A stretch of 64,000 nucleotides of DNA from an uncultured Candidatus Entotheonella sp. (GTDB taxonomy: Bacteria > Tectomicrobia > Entotheonellia > Entotheonellales > Entotheonellaceae). The stretch lies in contig OZ244252.1 of NCBI GenBank assembly GCA_965217185.1, forward strand, positions 800,001-864,000. Direction: 5' to 3'. The notes under the pieces are model-generated. The model did not search any database. It saw only the letters and a program-made list of their open reading frames with translations, and had not been told where the DNA came from. The position numbers and the translations under genes were made by a program. Shown piece by piece: positions 36,938 to 47,303 of the stretch (position 1 is the stretch's first letter; every line of letters starts with the position of its first letter).

Positions 36938-37741
36938 TTGATACGGGTCGTTGTCACAGGAGCAGCCGGAAGGATGGGGCAGCGGGTGATCGCCATGACG
37001 CAAGCTGACGCGCAGTTCACCCTCGCTGGCGCTGTGACACGCCCGCAGCATCCGGCCGTGGGCCGTGATGTCGGAGAAGTTGTAGGGGGCGGTGCTGTTG
37101 GTGTACAGGTCACGGACGATGCCGCGTCGGCATTGGCTCAGGCGGACGTGGCAATTGACTTTTCGGTGCCGGGAGCGGGGGTGGCCTATCTGAAAATGGC
37201 GAGCGACCTTGGTAAGGCCATGGTCATTGGTACGACAGGTTTTACGGCTGTTCAACACGATGAGATCCAGCAACTGAGCCGAAGGGTCCCCTGTTTTCTC
37301 GCTCCCAACATGAGCGTTGGCGTGCATGTGATGTATCAGGCTCTACGACAACTGGTGGCCTTGCTGGGGCCTGATTACGACATCGAGATTCTCGAAGCCC
37401 ACCATCGAACGAAAGTTGACGCGCCCAGTGGTACGGCGCTTCGGATGGCGTCCATCGTGGCCGAGACACTTGGCACAAACTTGGACGATGTGGTGGTGTA
37501 TGGACGGCAGGGCAGGGTGGGGCAGCGACCTGATTTAGCGATTGGCATTCAGGCCGTACGGGCCGGTGACATTGTTGGCGAACACACGGTACTGTTCGGC
37601 GGCATTGGCGAGCGAATTGAGCTGATACATCGTTCTCAGAGTCGGGATACGTTTGCCCGTGGCGCGGTGCGGGCTGCGGGGTGGATTGTCCGGCAAAGTC
37701 CCGGCCTTTATGGCATGGATGATCTCCTGCGTCCCTCCTGA
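36938..37741 (+). CDS. dapB: 4-hydroxy-tetrahydrodipicolinate reductase
   Basis: GAAGRMG, VIGTTG, APNMSVG, EAHHRTKVDAPSGTAL, GDIVGEH. AGGAGG RBS. Confidence 0.97.
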   Translation: MIRVVVTGAAGRMGQRVIAMTQADAQFTLAGAVTRPQHPAVGRDVGEVVGGGAVGVQVTDDAASALAQADVAIDFSVPGAGVAYLKMASDLGKAMVIGTTGFTAVQHDEIQQLSRRVPCFLAPNMSVGVHVMYQALRQLVALLGPDYDIEILEAHHRTKVDAPSGTALRMASIVAETLGTNLDDVVVYGRQGRVGQRPDLAIGIQAVRAGDIVGEHTVLFGGIGERIELIHRSQSRDTFARGAVRAAGWIVRQSPGLYGMDDLLRPS

Positions 37742-38017
37742 CGTGCTTCTTTGAAAGCGGTTGATTCCAAGTTGTGCATGAATGCCCCGTTATTCATAAC
37801 ATCAAGTAGCATGCGTGCAAGGGTGCCCATTCCCTGACTTGAAGGCGTTGCCGAACCAGTTGGAGCACGATGGCTTCTGAAGAGATCCGCGAGTGGCCGC
37901 GCGCGAGGGGGGCGATTATGTGTTCAGCATTGCCGAAGGGCATCAGGGGAGAAGCGCAAGACGCAGACCCGGCAATGTTGTTGTATTTGATCACTCGTTA
38001 AGGAAGGGACGAATTTA

Positions 38018-38656
38018 GTGGACTATACGGAACAGGGAATGGAAACGTCCAGCATCAAGAAAATCTACGCGTCCTATTCGCGAATCTACGACTTCATTTT
38101 CAAGCGTTGGTTTTACCCACGCCAGCAGCACGTCATCCGGTCGTTATCTCTGCAGGAAGGGCAGCGTGTGCTGGACTTGGGTGTTGGCACCGGACTGTCG
38201 CTGCCTCTGTATCCTCGGCATGTGCAGGTTACCGGGGTCGACCTCTCCAACAGTATGTTGCGAGAAGCTCAGAAAAAGGTACGGCAGGAGGGCTTGGATC
38301 ATGTCACGCTGCTGGAGATGGATGCCGGACAATTGGCGTTCGCGGATGACGCCTTTGACGTCGTCATCGCTGCTTTTGTGATCAGCGTGGTTCCTGATCC
38401 GATACAGGTCATCGCGGAAATCAAACGGGTGAGCAAACCCGACGGAAAGATCGTGATCATCAACCATTTCCAAAGCCAGAATAAACTGATTGCGCAGGTC
38501 GAAAAATGGTTGTCCCCATTGTGCAAAAAAATCGGTTGGCGTTCCGACCTAGCGTTGGAGTATCTGGTGCACTATGCGGGGTTGAGCGTCCAACAAATGT
38601 ATTCGCTGAACAAAATTGATCTGTGGAAAGTGGTGTACGTGAGCAACAACAAATAA
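38018..38656 (+). CDS. SAM-dependent methyltransferase, phospholipid N-methyltransferase (PmtA, Rhodobacter-type)-like
   Basis: YSRIYDFIF, VLDLGVGTGLSLPLYP, VISVVPDP, IINHF. Start may be ATG 38039. Confidence 0.65.
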   Translation: MDYTEQGMETSSIKKIYASYSRIYDFIFKRWFYPRQQHVIRSLSLQEGQRVLDLGVGTGLSLPLYPRHVQVTGVDLSNSMLREAQKKVRQEGLDHVTLLEMDAGQLAFADDAFDVVIAAFVISVVPDPIQVIAEIKRVSKPDGKIVIINHFQSQNKLIAQVEKWLSPLCKKIGWRSDLALEYLVHYAGLSVQQMYSLNKIDLWKVVYVSNNK

Positions 38657-38671
38657 GAATCGGGATCAAGC

Positions 38672-41323
38672 TCAACTGCCGCAACATCTTTTGTACTTCT
38701 TTCCACTGCCGCACGGACAGGCGGAATTCCTTCCCACCTTTTCTCCTTGGCGCCGCACGGTTTTTGCTACGGCGGTTTCGCCACCGTCGCGCAGTGCGCC
38801 ACGATGTTCGACGTTTCGCGGGCCATGGGGCTGCGGGTGAGCGACCGGCACATTCTCGGCGCTGGCTAATTCAACCTTGAATAGATATTCAACCACGTCA
38901 TTCTTGACGCGGTCCGTCATGTCGACGAACATTTCAAATGCTTCACGCTTGTACTCATTCAAGGGATTTTTCTGCGCGTAACCTCGCAAGCCAATGCCTT
39001 CCTTTAAGTGGTCCATGGCCAGCAGATGGTCTTTCCAGTGCTTGTCGATGACCTGCAGGACGATGAAGCGCTCCAGGGCTCTGAACGGCTCGATACCTGC
39101 TTCCGTTAATTTGGCCTCGTAATTGGCACCAAGACGCTCGTGGAGGTGTTCAAGAAGCTCCACACGCCCGAAGTCCGCAAGGCTTGCCGGCGTCAACGGT
39201 AGCTGCAACCCATAGCGCTGGCGCACGGCGTCTACAAGACCTGGGATGTCCCAATCATCGGCATATGCCTCAGGGTCGATGTGAGTGTCGAAAATGTCCT
39301 GCAGAACTTCGCCGGACATCTCAACGACCAGGGCGTGAATGTCATCCGTTTCAAGCACTTCGCGACGTTGGTTGTAGATGACCTCACGCTGCTTGGTCAT
39401 CACGTCATCGTATTCCAGAAGATGCTTGCGGATGTCGAAATTGTGGGCCTCGACCTTGCGCTGGGCGTTTTCAATGGCTCGGGTGATCATGCGGTGCTCA
39501 ATGGGTTCGCCTGCCTCCATACCCAACTTTGCCATAACGCCGGAGATGCGTTCCGAACCGAAAATCCGGAGCAGATCATCCTCCAAGGACAGGTAAAAAC
39601 GAGAAGATCCCGGGTCGCCTTGACGCCCCGAACGCCCGCGAAGCTGGTTGTCAATGCGACGGGCCTCATGGCGTTCAGTGCCCAGAATGTGGAGACCTCC
39701 ACAGGCAACCACTTCCTCATGTTCCGCGGCGCACTGCGAGCGCATTTTGGCGAGTTGTTCCGGGTACCCCGGATCGTTGCCTTCGAGTTTACAAGCTTTG
39801 CGCGCCAGAAATTCGGGGTTGCCGCCCAATAAAATGTCGGTGCCGCGCCCGGCCATGTTGGTGGAAATGGTCACAGCACCCTTGCGTCCCGCCTGGGCTA
39901 CGATCTCCGCCTCCCGCTCGTGGTTCTTGGCATTGAGAACATTGTGCGGGACGCCTCGGCGCTTGAGGAAGGCGCTCAACGCCTCCGACTTCTCGATGGA
40001 AATGGTTCCCACCAGGACAGGTTGTCCCTGGTGGTGAAGTTCTTGGATTTCTTCGCTGACGGCCTGAAGTTTTTCGGCCTCGGTGCGGTAGATGACATCC
40101 GGGTACTCAAGCCGAAGCAGGTGCCGATTCGTCGGTACGACGACGACGTCCAGTTTGTAGATCATGTGAAATTCGGCGGCTTCGGTGTCGGCTGTTCCTG
40201 TCATGCCGGCCAACTTGTCGTACATACGAAAATAATTCTGGAAGGTAATTGAGGCGAGGGTCTGGTTCTCGTTAGCGACCTTCTGACGTTCCTTGGCTTC
40301 CAATGCTTGGTGCAGCCCGTCGCTATAGCGCCGACCGGGCATGAGCCGACCGGTAAACTCGTCAACGATAATGACCTCGCCATCCTTGACGACGTAATCG
40401 ACGTCGCGCCTGAACAGGACGTGCGCCTTGAGGGCCTGATTCAAATGGTGGAGGTTTTCGATATTGCCGGGGTCATATAGGTTGTCGACATCCAGGAGTT
40501 GCTCGGCGGTTGCCACGCCTTCCTCGGTCAGAGCCACTGAGCGCGCCTTTTCGTCGAGCGTGTAGTAGGGGTCTTGCTTCAAACGGGGAATGATGCGATC
40601 GATCCGGTAGTATTTGTCGGTGGATTCCTCGGTAGGGCCGGAAATGATCAGCGGGGTGCGGGCCTCGTCAATGAGAATGCTATCCACTTCATCCACGATG
40701 GCGTAGTGCAGCGACCTCTGGACAAATTCGCTCCGGCTGAATTTCATGTTGTCGCGCAGATAATCAAAGCCAAACTCATTGTTGGTGCCGTAGGTGACAT
40801 CCGCCCGGTAAGCGTTGTAACGCGCTTTGTCATCCATATCGTGTTGGATGATGCCTACGGAGAGCCCGAGGGCGTGGTACACCGGCCCCATCCATTCGGC
40901 GTCTCGCCGTGCGAGGTAATCATTCACCGTCACGACGTGCACACCTTGGCCAGCAAGGCTGTTCAAGTACACCGGCAGCGTTGCGACTAGCGTTTTGCCT
41001 TCCCCCGTTTTCATCTCCGCGATGCTGCCTTCGTGCAGCACTATGCCTCCGAGAAGCTGCACGTCGAAATGACGCATGTTGAGCAGACGTTTGGAGACTT
41101 CCCGCACGACGGCAAAGGCTGCGGGTAGCAAGCTGTCGAGCGGTGCTCCATTGGCCAACTGCTCCCGGAAGGTATTGGTGCGTCCACGCAGGTCGTCGAG
41201 TGTCAAGTTAATGAGAGATGGCTCATGTTGGTTGATTTGCTCTACTATGGGCTGCAGACGTTTCAGTTCCCGCTCGTTTTGGCTGCCAAAAACTTTGTGT
41301 AATACCGTCTCTAACATGGTCAT
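38672..41323 (-). CDS. secA: Preprotein translocase ATPase SecA
   Basis: [37 protein letters not shown]-terminal zinc motif [13 protein letters not shown]. Confidence 0.98.
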   Translation of the reverse strand: MTMLETVLHKVFGSQNERELKRLQPIVEQINQHEPSLINLTLDDLRGRTNTFREQLANGAPLDSLLPAAFAVVREVSKRLLNMRHFDVQLLGGIVLHEGSIAEMKTGEGKTLVATLPVYLNSLAGQGVHVVTVNDYLARRDAEWMGPVYHALGLSVGIIQHDMDDKARYNAYRADVTYGTNNEFGFDYLRDNMKFSRSEFVQRSLHYAIVDEVDSILIDEARTPLIISGPTEESTDKYYRIDRIIPRLKQDPYYTLDEKARSVALTEEGVATAEQLLDVDNLYDPGNIENLHHLNQALKAHVLFRRDVDYVVKDGEVIIVDEFTGRLMPGRRYSDGLHQALEAKERQKVANENQTLASITFQNYFRMYDKLAGMTGTADTEAAEFHMIYKLDVVVVPTNRHLLRLEYPDVIYRTEAEKLQAVSEEIQELHHQGQPVLVGTISIEKSEALSAFLKRRGVPHNVLNAKNHEREAEIVAQAGRKGAVTISTNMAGRGTDILLGGNPEFLARKACKLEGNDPGYPEQLAKMRSQCAAEHEEVVACGGLHILGTERHEARRIDNQLRGRSGRQGDPGSSRFYLSLEDDLLRIFGSERISGVMAKLGMEAGEPIEHRMITRAIENAQRKVEAHNFDIRKHLLEYDDVMTKQREVIYNQRREVLETDDIHALVVEMSGEVLQDIFDTHIDPEAYADDWDIPGLVDAVRQRYGLQLPLTPASLADFGRVELLEHLHERLGANYEAKLTEAGIEPFRALERFIVLQVIDKHWKDHLLAMDHLKEGIGLRGYAQKNPLNEYKREAFEMFVDMTDRVKNDVVEYLFKVELASAENVPVAHPQPHGPRNVEHRGALRDGGETAVAKTVRRQGEKVGRNSACPCGSGKKYKRCCGS

Positions 41324-41714
41324 ATCCTATTGCCAGAGTGGATTCATTTGCCATATTGGCGAGTATAGCAGATACACCGATTGCGCCGGTATTACGACAA
41401 ATTACGATTGGGCGAGGAAAAATTTGGCGGCCAGCGATTTACGCGATCGAAAATTGGTAGGCGTACGGCTTCAGTGTGGCTGATTTGCGGGGTGCGGGCT
41501 GCAGTGCTGAAACAGACGGTCATGCTGATCAGCATGGGCGGTTGATAGCTGGTAGAGGAAGCGCCCCACGAACTGGCCTTCACACGGCAACGTTTGCTGA
41601 ATAATACTATGCACTCGCGGGAAATGGGACTGCACGCCCTGGCCGCCCAAAGACAGATATTTGAGTTTCGCACAACAACCCTTCAAATTTCCCTCTGTCC
41701 TGTTGAAGCCTTGC

Positions 41715-41743
41715 TTGACAAAGGCACAGGGCCTCAGTATATT
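41715..41743 (+). promoter_or_regulatory. Sigma70-type promoter
   Basis: TTGACA-17 bp-TATATT upstream of the DUF151 gene and the respiratory cluster. Confidence 0.75.
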
Positions 41744-41831
41744 AACCAAAATCTCGGCAAGTGAAGCGTTTATAGAGAGTTAGGGACCAGCGAAGGCGGT
41801 GGAGAGGTGTTTTCGCGCAAGGAGAAAACGC

Positions 41832-42314
41832 ATGCTTGAGATGAAAGTGCGTGGACTTACACTAGATCCGCTATCGAACATGGCACTGGTCATCCTTCGC
41901 GACCTTGAAGATACTAAAGCATTACCTATTTGGGTTGGTATCCCTGAAGCTAACGCAATTGCTCTGGAGCTTGAGCAGGTTCCAACTCCCCGCCCCATGA
42001 CCCATGACCTAATAAAGAATATCCTTGAAGGCATCCATGCTTCAGTCATACGGATTGTCGTTAATGACCTGCGGGACAGTACATTTTATGCAACGATCTT
42101 TCTATCTTTGCAAGAACAGGAATTCTGCATTGACGCCAGGCCGAGTGATGCAATAGCAATTGCGCTTCGCGTGAAGGCCCCGATTTATGTTGCCTTGGAC
42201 GTTATCGAACGTGTTGGAAGCATTGATGTAAGCACACAAAATATTGCCGAAGATACTGAAGGCTTGAAGGAGTGGCTCGACAACATTAAACCTGAAGACT
42301 TCGGCAAATTGTAA
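41832..42314 (+). CDS. Bifunctional nuclease (DUF151) family protein, canonical cytoplasmic form
   Basis: LPIWVGIPEANAIA, PRPMTHDL, IDARPSDAIAIALR, LDNIKPEDFGK. AAGGAG RBS. Confidence 0.9.
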   Translation: MLEMKVRGLTLDPLSNMALVILRDLEDTKALPIWVGIPEANAIALELEQVPTPRPMTHDLIKNILEGIHASVIRIVVNDLRDSTFYATIFLSLQEQEFCIDARPSDAIAIALRVKAPIYVALDVIERVGSIDVSTQNIAEDTEGLKEWLDNIKPEDFGKL

Positions 42315-42437
42315 TTCTTCCACAGCGGTCCTTTGTGTCAGCAGTACAATCCTCACGAATCGAGAGAAGTGTTTCTGTGGCGTATAGTCTCGTCAGAAGT
42401 TTGTTCGCAATAATGTGGAGTAAGGAGAGCGAGGTTC

Positions 42438-42953
42438 ATGGCCAGAGCGGCGGAGGCCTTGTCGGCGGAGGAGCAGGGAACCAGGCGGCGTCTACTGAGC
42501 TTCTTGGGATGGGGGAGTTTCGTTTCATTTTGTGGCGGTGTCACGGTCGGGTCGTTACGGTTTCTCTTCCCCAGGATTCTCTATGAACCTTCGCAACAAT
42601 TTATAGCAGGCAAGCCGGAGGACTATCAGGTCGGGGAAGTCAGCACCCGAATGAAGAAAGAGCAGCGCGTCTGGATGATTCGTAGTGAAAAGGGAATTTA
42701 CGCTCTCATCGCGATTTGCACCCATCTTGGCTGCACGCCGATCTGGCACTCGAACGAAAATCGTATCAAATGCCCATGCCATGGAAGCATTTTCTTGGTA
42801 GACGGGCAAAATATCGCCGGTCCCGCGCCATCCCCACTTTTTCGGGCCGCCATTTCTCTGGACCTGACTGGGAATATCGCGGTGGACAAGAGCCAGAAGG
42901 AAAATCAGTCTGGAAAGCGTGATGAACCACCTTTTATCCTTCCTTTGTCGTAG
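42438..42953 (+). CDS. Rieske [2Fe-2S] subunit of a Rieske/cytochrome b complex
   Basis: Tat-like RRRLL plus TM helix; CTHLGC and CPCHGS boxes; GPAP. Confidence 0.93.
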   Translation: MARAAEALSAEEQGTRRRLLSFLGWGSFVSFCGGVTVGSLRFLFPRILYEPSQQFIAGKPEDYQVGEVSTRMKKEQRVWMIRSEKGIYALIAICTHLGCTPIWHSNENRIKCPCHGSIFLVDGQNIAGPAPSPLFRAAISLDLTGNIAVDKSQKENQSGKRDEPPFILPLS

Positions 42954-43122
42954 GATTAGGTAGCACAAGTAACATCCATGCCGTGCTTTCTCAGCCATGG
43001 GCCGTCATCGTGTCCTGACGAGCCGACAAGTGATTTCCGCCTGACGCCAGATTGGTTCCGAAGATTGTTCTGCCCCAGTAGCTGTTAACATTCGTGTGCT
43101 CACGTGCTCAAAGGAATGGGTT

Positions 43123-43908
43123 ATGGCAAACCTGAGCCTGAAAAATGTCCCGCAGGTTATTGTTGAGAGCCAAGTATGGAAGTCGATCTTTCGGCACGGC
43201 TATACGATGAACCGTCGGAATCGTTTGTTGGCAATCACCAACAATGTCTTCTATCACATCCTTCCGACGAAAATCAGCAGATACGGCATGCGGATGCGCT
43301 TCCACTGGGGTGCCGGGATTATTACGTTTTATCTTTTCTTAATACTGACTTTTACCGGCGTTCTGTTGATGTTTTATTATGTTCCAACCGTGCCTCGTGC
43401 CTACTATGACATGAAAGACTTGCAGCACGTGGTGCCGTTCGGAAACATTCTCCGCAATATGCATCGATATGGCGCACACGCCATGGTCTTTATGGTGATG
43501 GTCCATATGGCGCGTACGTTCTATACAAGTTCCTACAAGCCGCCACGCGAATTCAATTGGGTCGTGGGCGTTATTCTCCTCAACTTCACCTTCCTTCTGA
43601 GTTTTAGTGGGTATTTGCTGCCCTGGGACCAATTGGCGATTTGGGCCGTGACGGTCGGAAGCAACATGGCGCGAGCGACACCCCTTATCGGGCATGAAGG
43701 GCCTTTCGCCAATCTTATTGGAATGAAGATCAACAATGACATCCGCTTTGCCCTGCTCGGCGGTACTACGGTGGGTTCCGCGACCTTATTGCGTTTCTAC
43801 GTGCTGCACTGTATTGCCTTCCCGATTATCTTGACTGTTTTTATAGTGGTTCACTTTTGGCGGGTCCGCCGCGACGGTTATTCGGGCGATGTGCCGGTCC
43901 GGGAATAG
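43123..43908 (+). CDS. Cytochrome b, N-terminal (cytochrome b6-like) subunit
   Basis: [51 protein letters not shown]-x14-H. Confidence 0.93.
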   Translation: MANLSLKNVPQVIVESQVWKSIFRHGYTMNRRNRLLAITNNVFYHILPTKISRYGMRMRFHWGAGIITFYLFLILTFTGVLLMFYYVPTVPRAYYDMKDLQHVVPFGNILRNMHRYGAHAMVFMVMVHMARTFYTSSYKPPREFNWVVGVILLNFTFLLSFSGYLLPWDQLAIWAVTVGSNMARATPLIGHEGPFANLIGMKINNDIRFALLGGTTVGSATLLRFYVLHCIAFPIILTVFIVVHFWRVRRDGYSGDVPVRE

Positions 43909-43972
43909 CGCGCCAAGCCAGTAAGAGAGACAGAAAACCGTTCGTTTGTCGCAGTCAATAGGGTGAGGGGTT

Positions 43973-44797
43973 ATGGCAGCTACTGAAAAAAGCGGGAAGA
44001 CCGAACAGGCCACGAGAAGAGCGGCTCGAGCGGTGCCGACAGCCAGTTCGGAGAGGTTTGAACTGACGTGGCCTTACTTTATGTATACGGTCGTCATCTG
44101 TTTCCTTTTGACGACCATTGTCCTGTGGGTCTGGTCCATGGTTGTCTTGGCTCCATTGGAGCCGATTGCCGACCCCAACAAGACACCTAACCCCTCCAAG
44201 GCGCCTTGGTATTTTGTGGGATTGCAAGAACTGCTGGTTTATTTTGATCCATGGATAGCCGGCGTGGTGCTGCCGGGTCTAATTCTCGGCGGTCTCATGG
44301 CTATCCCGTACATCGACAAGAACACCCATGGTATTGGCGAATATAACTATAAGGATCGCAAGTTCGCGGTGTGGGTGTTCTCCTTGGGAACGGTGTTCTG
44401 GTTTCTCCTGATTATCATTGGATATTTCTTTCGCGGCCCTAGTTGGCAGTGGTATTGGCCTTGGGAAAGTTGGGAAATCCACAAAGAATCCCTCGCCGTC
44501 ACCCATAGCTGGAGCCTGCTTGGGGGCTCGCTCTTCTTAACTGGCTACACTGCCGTTGGACTCATCCTGCCCGTGGCGATTCCCTACCTGATTGGGTCAA
44601 GAGTCAAACCTGGCTCTTGGATTAAGAAGTTCTGCGACGTGTTGCAAGAGTTTTACGAGAAGCGGGGTGCCACCATTTATGCGATTGAGATGCTGTTGCT
44701 GCTTGCCATGCTCGGCATCCCGGTCAAGATGGTTCTGCGGTTGGTTTTCAACGTCAAATATATCCTGGAAATTCCTGCGATAAATCTAAACATCTAG
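43973..44797 (+). CDS. Cytochrome b C-terminal subunit (subunit IV-like)
   Basis: ADPNKTPNPSKAPWYFVGLQELL (PEWY-equivalent), IPYID. Confidence 0.85.
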   Translation: MAATEKSGKTEQATRRAARAVPTASSERFELTWPYFMYTVVICFLLTTIVLWVWSMVVLAPLEPIADPNKTPNPSKAPWYFVGLQELLVYFDPWIAGVVLPGLILGGLMAIPYIDKNTHGIGEYNYKDRKFAVWVFSLGTVFWFLLIIIGYFFRGPSWQWYWPWESWEIHKESLAVTHSWSLLGGSLFLTGYTAVGLILPVAIPYLIGSRVKPGSWIKKFCDVLQEFYEKRGATIYAIEMLLLLAMLGIPVKMVLRLVFNVKYILEIPAINLNI

Positions 44798-44828
44798 CTA
44801 GCTTGTGTCGTTCGGAAAGGAAAACGTC

Positions 44829-46148
44829 ATGGCAGAAAAGAGGGTTAAGCTTTTTAGCAACACCTTCATGGCTGCAGCGTTTGCTCTTGGTAATTTTGCA
44901 TTGCTATTGCTGTTGATGTGGACCGTAACAGATGAGTATGGTCCAGAGTGGAAGAAGTACCAGCGTCAATACTACCGGTTGTTGGCGGAACGCACAGATG
45001 ATCCCGCTGCAAGACAAAGGATTCTCACCACACCCCTTGAAATCAAACAGGTGTGGACACCCAAGTTGCAAATCATCGACCGCTGCATGACCTGCCACCT
45101 TGGGGCCAATAATCCCGCGATGACTGACGCGCCCCAACCTTTCAGGGTCCACCCTAACTTCCAGCAGCACGCCTTTAGCGAGATTGGGTGCGCCGTTTGC
45201 CACGAAGGGCAGGGATTCGCAACAACCGTGCACGCGGCTCACGTTATGGAAGACCTCGAGGAGCGCTTTGGCCTCTTCGATGAGCAGCATTCGGGTTGGA
45301 GCCGACCCCTGTTGCCTCTGGAGTATACTCAGGCTTCCTGTCAAAAGTGCCACAACGTGATGGAGGGGCCCATTCCCGGAGCCGAACATCTGAACAAGGG
45401 TTGGCAACTGGTGCAGGAGAAGAGTTGCCGAACGTGTCATTACATCGTTGACGGCGGTGCGAAGCAGGCACCCGAACTCAGCATCGCCGGCTCGACCTTT
45501 TTTAATGAATCCGGCCATTCTGAATTGTTCCACCATGAGCGTTTTGGCTATCTCAAGGAGTCTCTCCGCTGCCCGCAGGCAAATCTCAGCCATGCAGCAG
45601 CCGAGGCATGCCCGGATCCACCCCCTCCAGTCACTCCAGGCAGCGCATCTGCAAACGGCGACGGTCATGCGGCACCCCCCGCTGCAGCGGTTGTGGCCAT
45701 GCCCAATTTTGGGTTCAATGATGATGAGCTACGGGATGTGGTCATTTTTCTCCTGAGTCTGAAAGAAGCGACGGTGGTTTGGCCTCAGAGGTCCTTTGTC
45801 GAGGCCGCTGAGGGTAACGGACAAGCCGTTGCAAGCGATGAGCCTGCCTGGGTTGGAAAGAACGGTGCGGAATTGGTGCAGGCGGTTGGATGCATTGCTT
45901 GTCACAACCTCGATGGCCCGGAACGTACGGTCGGGCCGAGTTTGTGGGATATTGGCGCCAGGAAAGACAAGGGTTACATTCGAGAATCAATTCTTGAGCC
46001 CGACAAAGTGATTGCCGACGGCGATCCCCCGTACGCTCCAGGGGTCATGCATGCAACGCTAACCAGCACGGGTTTTTATCAACACATAACGTTGGAGGCA
46101 CTGGAGAGCATCGTCGAATATCTCACTGGCCTGAACGGTGAGAGCTAG
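44829..46148 (+). CDS. Membrane-anchored pentaheme cytochrome c
   Basis: N-terminal TM helix; five CxxCH motifs: CMTCH, CAVCH, CQKCH, CRTCH, CIACH. Confidence 0.9.
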   Translation: MAEKRVKLFSNTFMAAAFALGNFALLLLLMWTVTDEYGPEWKKYQRQYYRLLAERTDDPAARQRILTTPLEIKQVWTPKLQIIDRCMTCHLGANNPAMTDAPQPFRVHPNFQQHAFSEIGCAVCHEGQGFATTVHAAHVMEDLEERFGLFDEQHSGWSRPLLPLEYTQASCQKCHNVMEGPIPGAEHLNKGWQLVQEKSCRTCHYIVDGGAKQAPELSIAGSTFFNESGHSELFHHERFGYLKESLRCPQANLSHAAAEACPDPPPPVTPGSASANGDGHAAPPAAAVVAMPNFGFNDDELRDVVIFLLSLKEATVVWPQRSFVEAAEGNGQAVASDEPAWVGKNGAELVQAVGCIACHNLDGPERTVGPSLWDIGARKDKGYIRESILEPDKVIADGDPPYAPGVMHATLTSTGFYQHITLEALESIVEYLTGLNGES

Positions 46149-46301
46149 GGAGAAAAGCCCCATTCAGGGGCGTCATACTCGACAAGCATTTCCGCATCGG
46201 GCGTTCGGGTGCCCAATGCATTGAGTGGCGACAGGTTGCCGCGGTCCCTCTGGTGGTCTGGAGCTGTCTCATCGTTAAGAAGAAGAGAGGAGAAAGTTGT
46301 T

Positions 46302-46532
46302 ATGGCTGACGTTGTCAATCTCGGACATCTCGCAGCGGGTTTTGGAGCGGGTGCAGTAACGGTTGGTGCGGCTTACGGCATTGGTCGCATTGCCGGGGCA
46401 GCCATGGAAGGCAGCGCACGCAACCCGCAGGCGGCAGGCGATGTGCGGACTTCGATGATTATCGCGTGCGCTTTGATCGAAGGTGTGGCGCTCTTCGGTG
46501 AAGTCATTTGTCTCCTTTTAGCTCTCAAGTAA
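46302..46532 (+). CDS. atpE: F0 ATP synthase subunit c
   Basis: GAAYGIG...ARNP...ALIEGVALF (conserved Glu). GAGGAG RBS. Confidence 0.93.
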   Translation: MADVVNLGHLAAGFGAGAVTVGAAYGIGRIAGAAMEGSARNPQAAGDVRTSMIIACALIEGVALFGEVICLLLALK

Positions 46533-46541
46533 GCACACATC

Positions 46542-47036
46542 ATGCTAACGATAGAACCCGGGCTATTAATCTGGACCATCATTACGTTCGTCATTCTGTT
46601 GGCCGTGCTGGGCAAGTTGGCCTGGAAGCCGTTGCTTGGGGCCTTGGAACAACGCGAGACGACGATACGCGAGTCGCTGGAAAAAGCTGAGCAAGCGCGT
46701 CTTGATGCAGAGCAATTAATAGCTCAGAACCAGCAGATTCTAGCTGAGGCGAACCAGCAGGCGAACCGTATCCTCGCGCAAGCGCAGGAGGATGGCCAAC
46801 GCCTCCGTGATTCTCTTGCTGAGCAGGCGCGTCAGGATTCCTTACGCTTTCGGGAAGAGACCCGCCAGGAGCTTGAAAGAGAGAAACAGCTTGCCGTGCA
46901 GGATCTGAAACGAACTGCCAGTGACTTGGCTCTCGCCGCTACGGAACGACTTCTGAGCACGGTTGTATCCAGTGATGATCATCGCCGTTTGGTCGACGAG
47001 TTTCTGGATCGCTTTCCCGACGGCCTGGATGGCTAA
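46542..47036 (+). CDS. atpF: F0 ATP synthase subunit b
   Basis: PGLLIWTIITFVILLAVLGKLAWKPLLGALEQRE followed by a coiled coil. Confidence 0.93.
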   Translation: MLTIEPGLLIWTIITFVILLAVLGKLAWKPLLGALEQRETTIRESLEKAEQARLDAEQLIAQNQQILAEANQQANRILAQAQEDGQRLRDSLAEQARQDSLRFREETRQELEREKQLAVQDLKRTASDLALAATERLLSTVVSSDDHRRLVDEFLDRFPDGLDG

Positions 47037-47303
47037 ATCCATACCGTTCGCTGCAATGGTTGATAATCCCTGTTATGCCAAGCGGCGGGTGAAGGACGTA
47101 TCGCCCGTGGAATTGTCCTGTTCCCGCCGTGCTCCCCTTCAGCGTGCAACACGCCTACCTCACATTTCCCTGGTCGTTCAAGCAAGTAACATTCCATGGC
47201 AGCGGCACTTCAAACGGGCCCTCGTCAGCGCTCTTTCGTTACGGACTGGTATGCGCTATGCTCTGCTGACAGTGAAAGCTGCGTTCATCCAGGGAGTCTC
47301 CAT

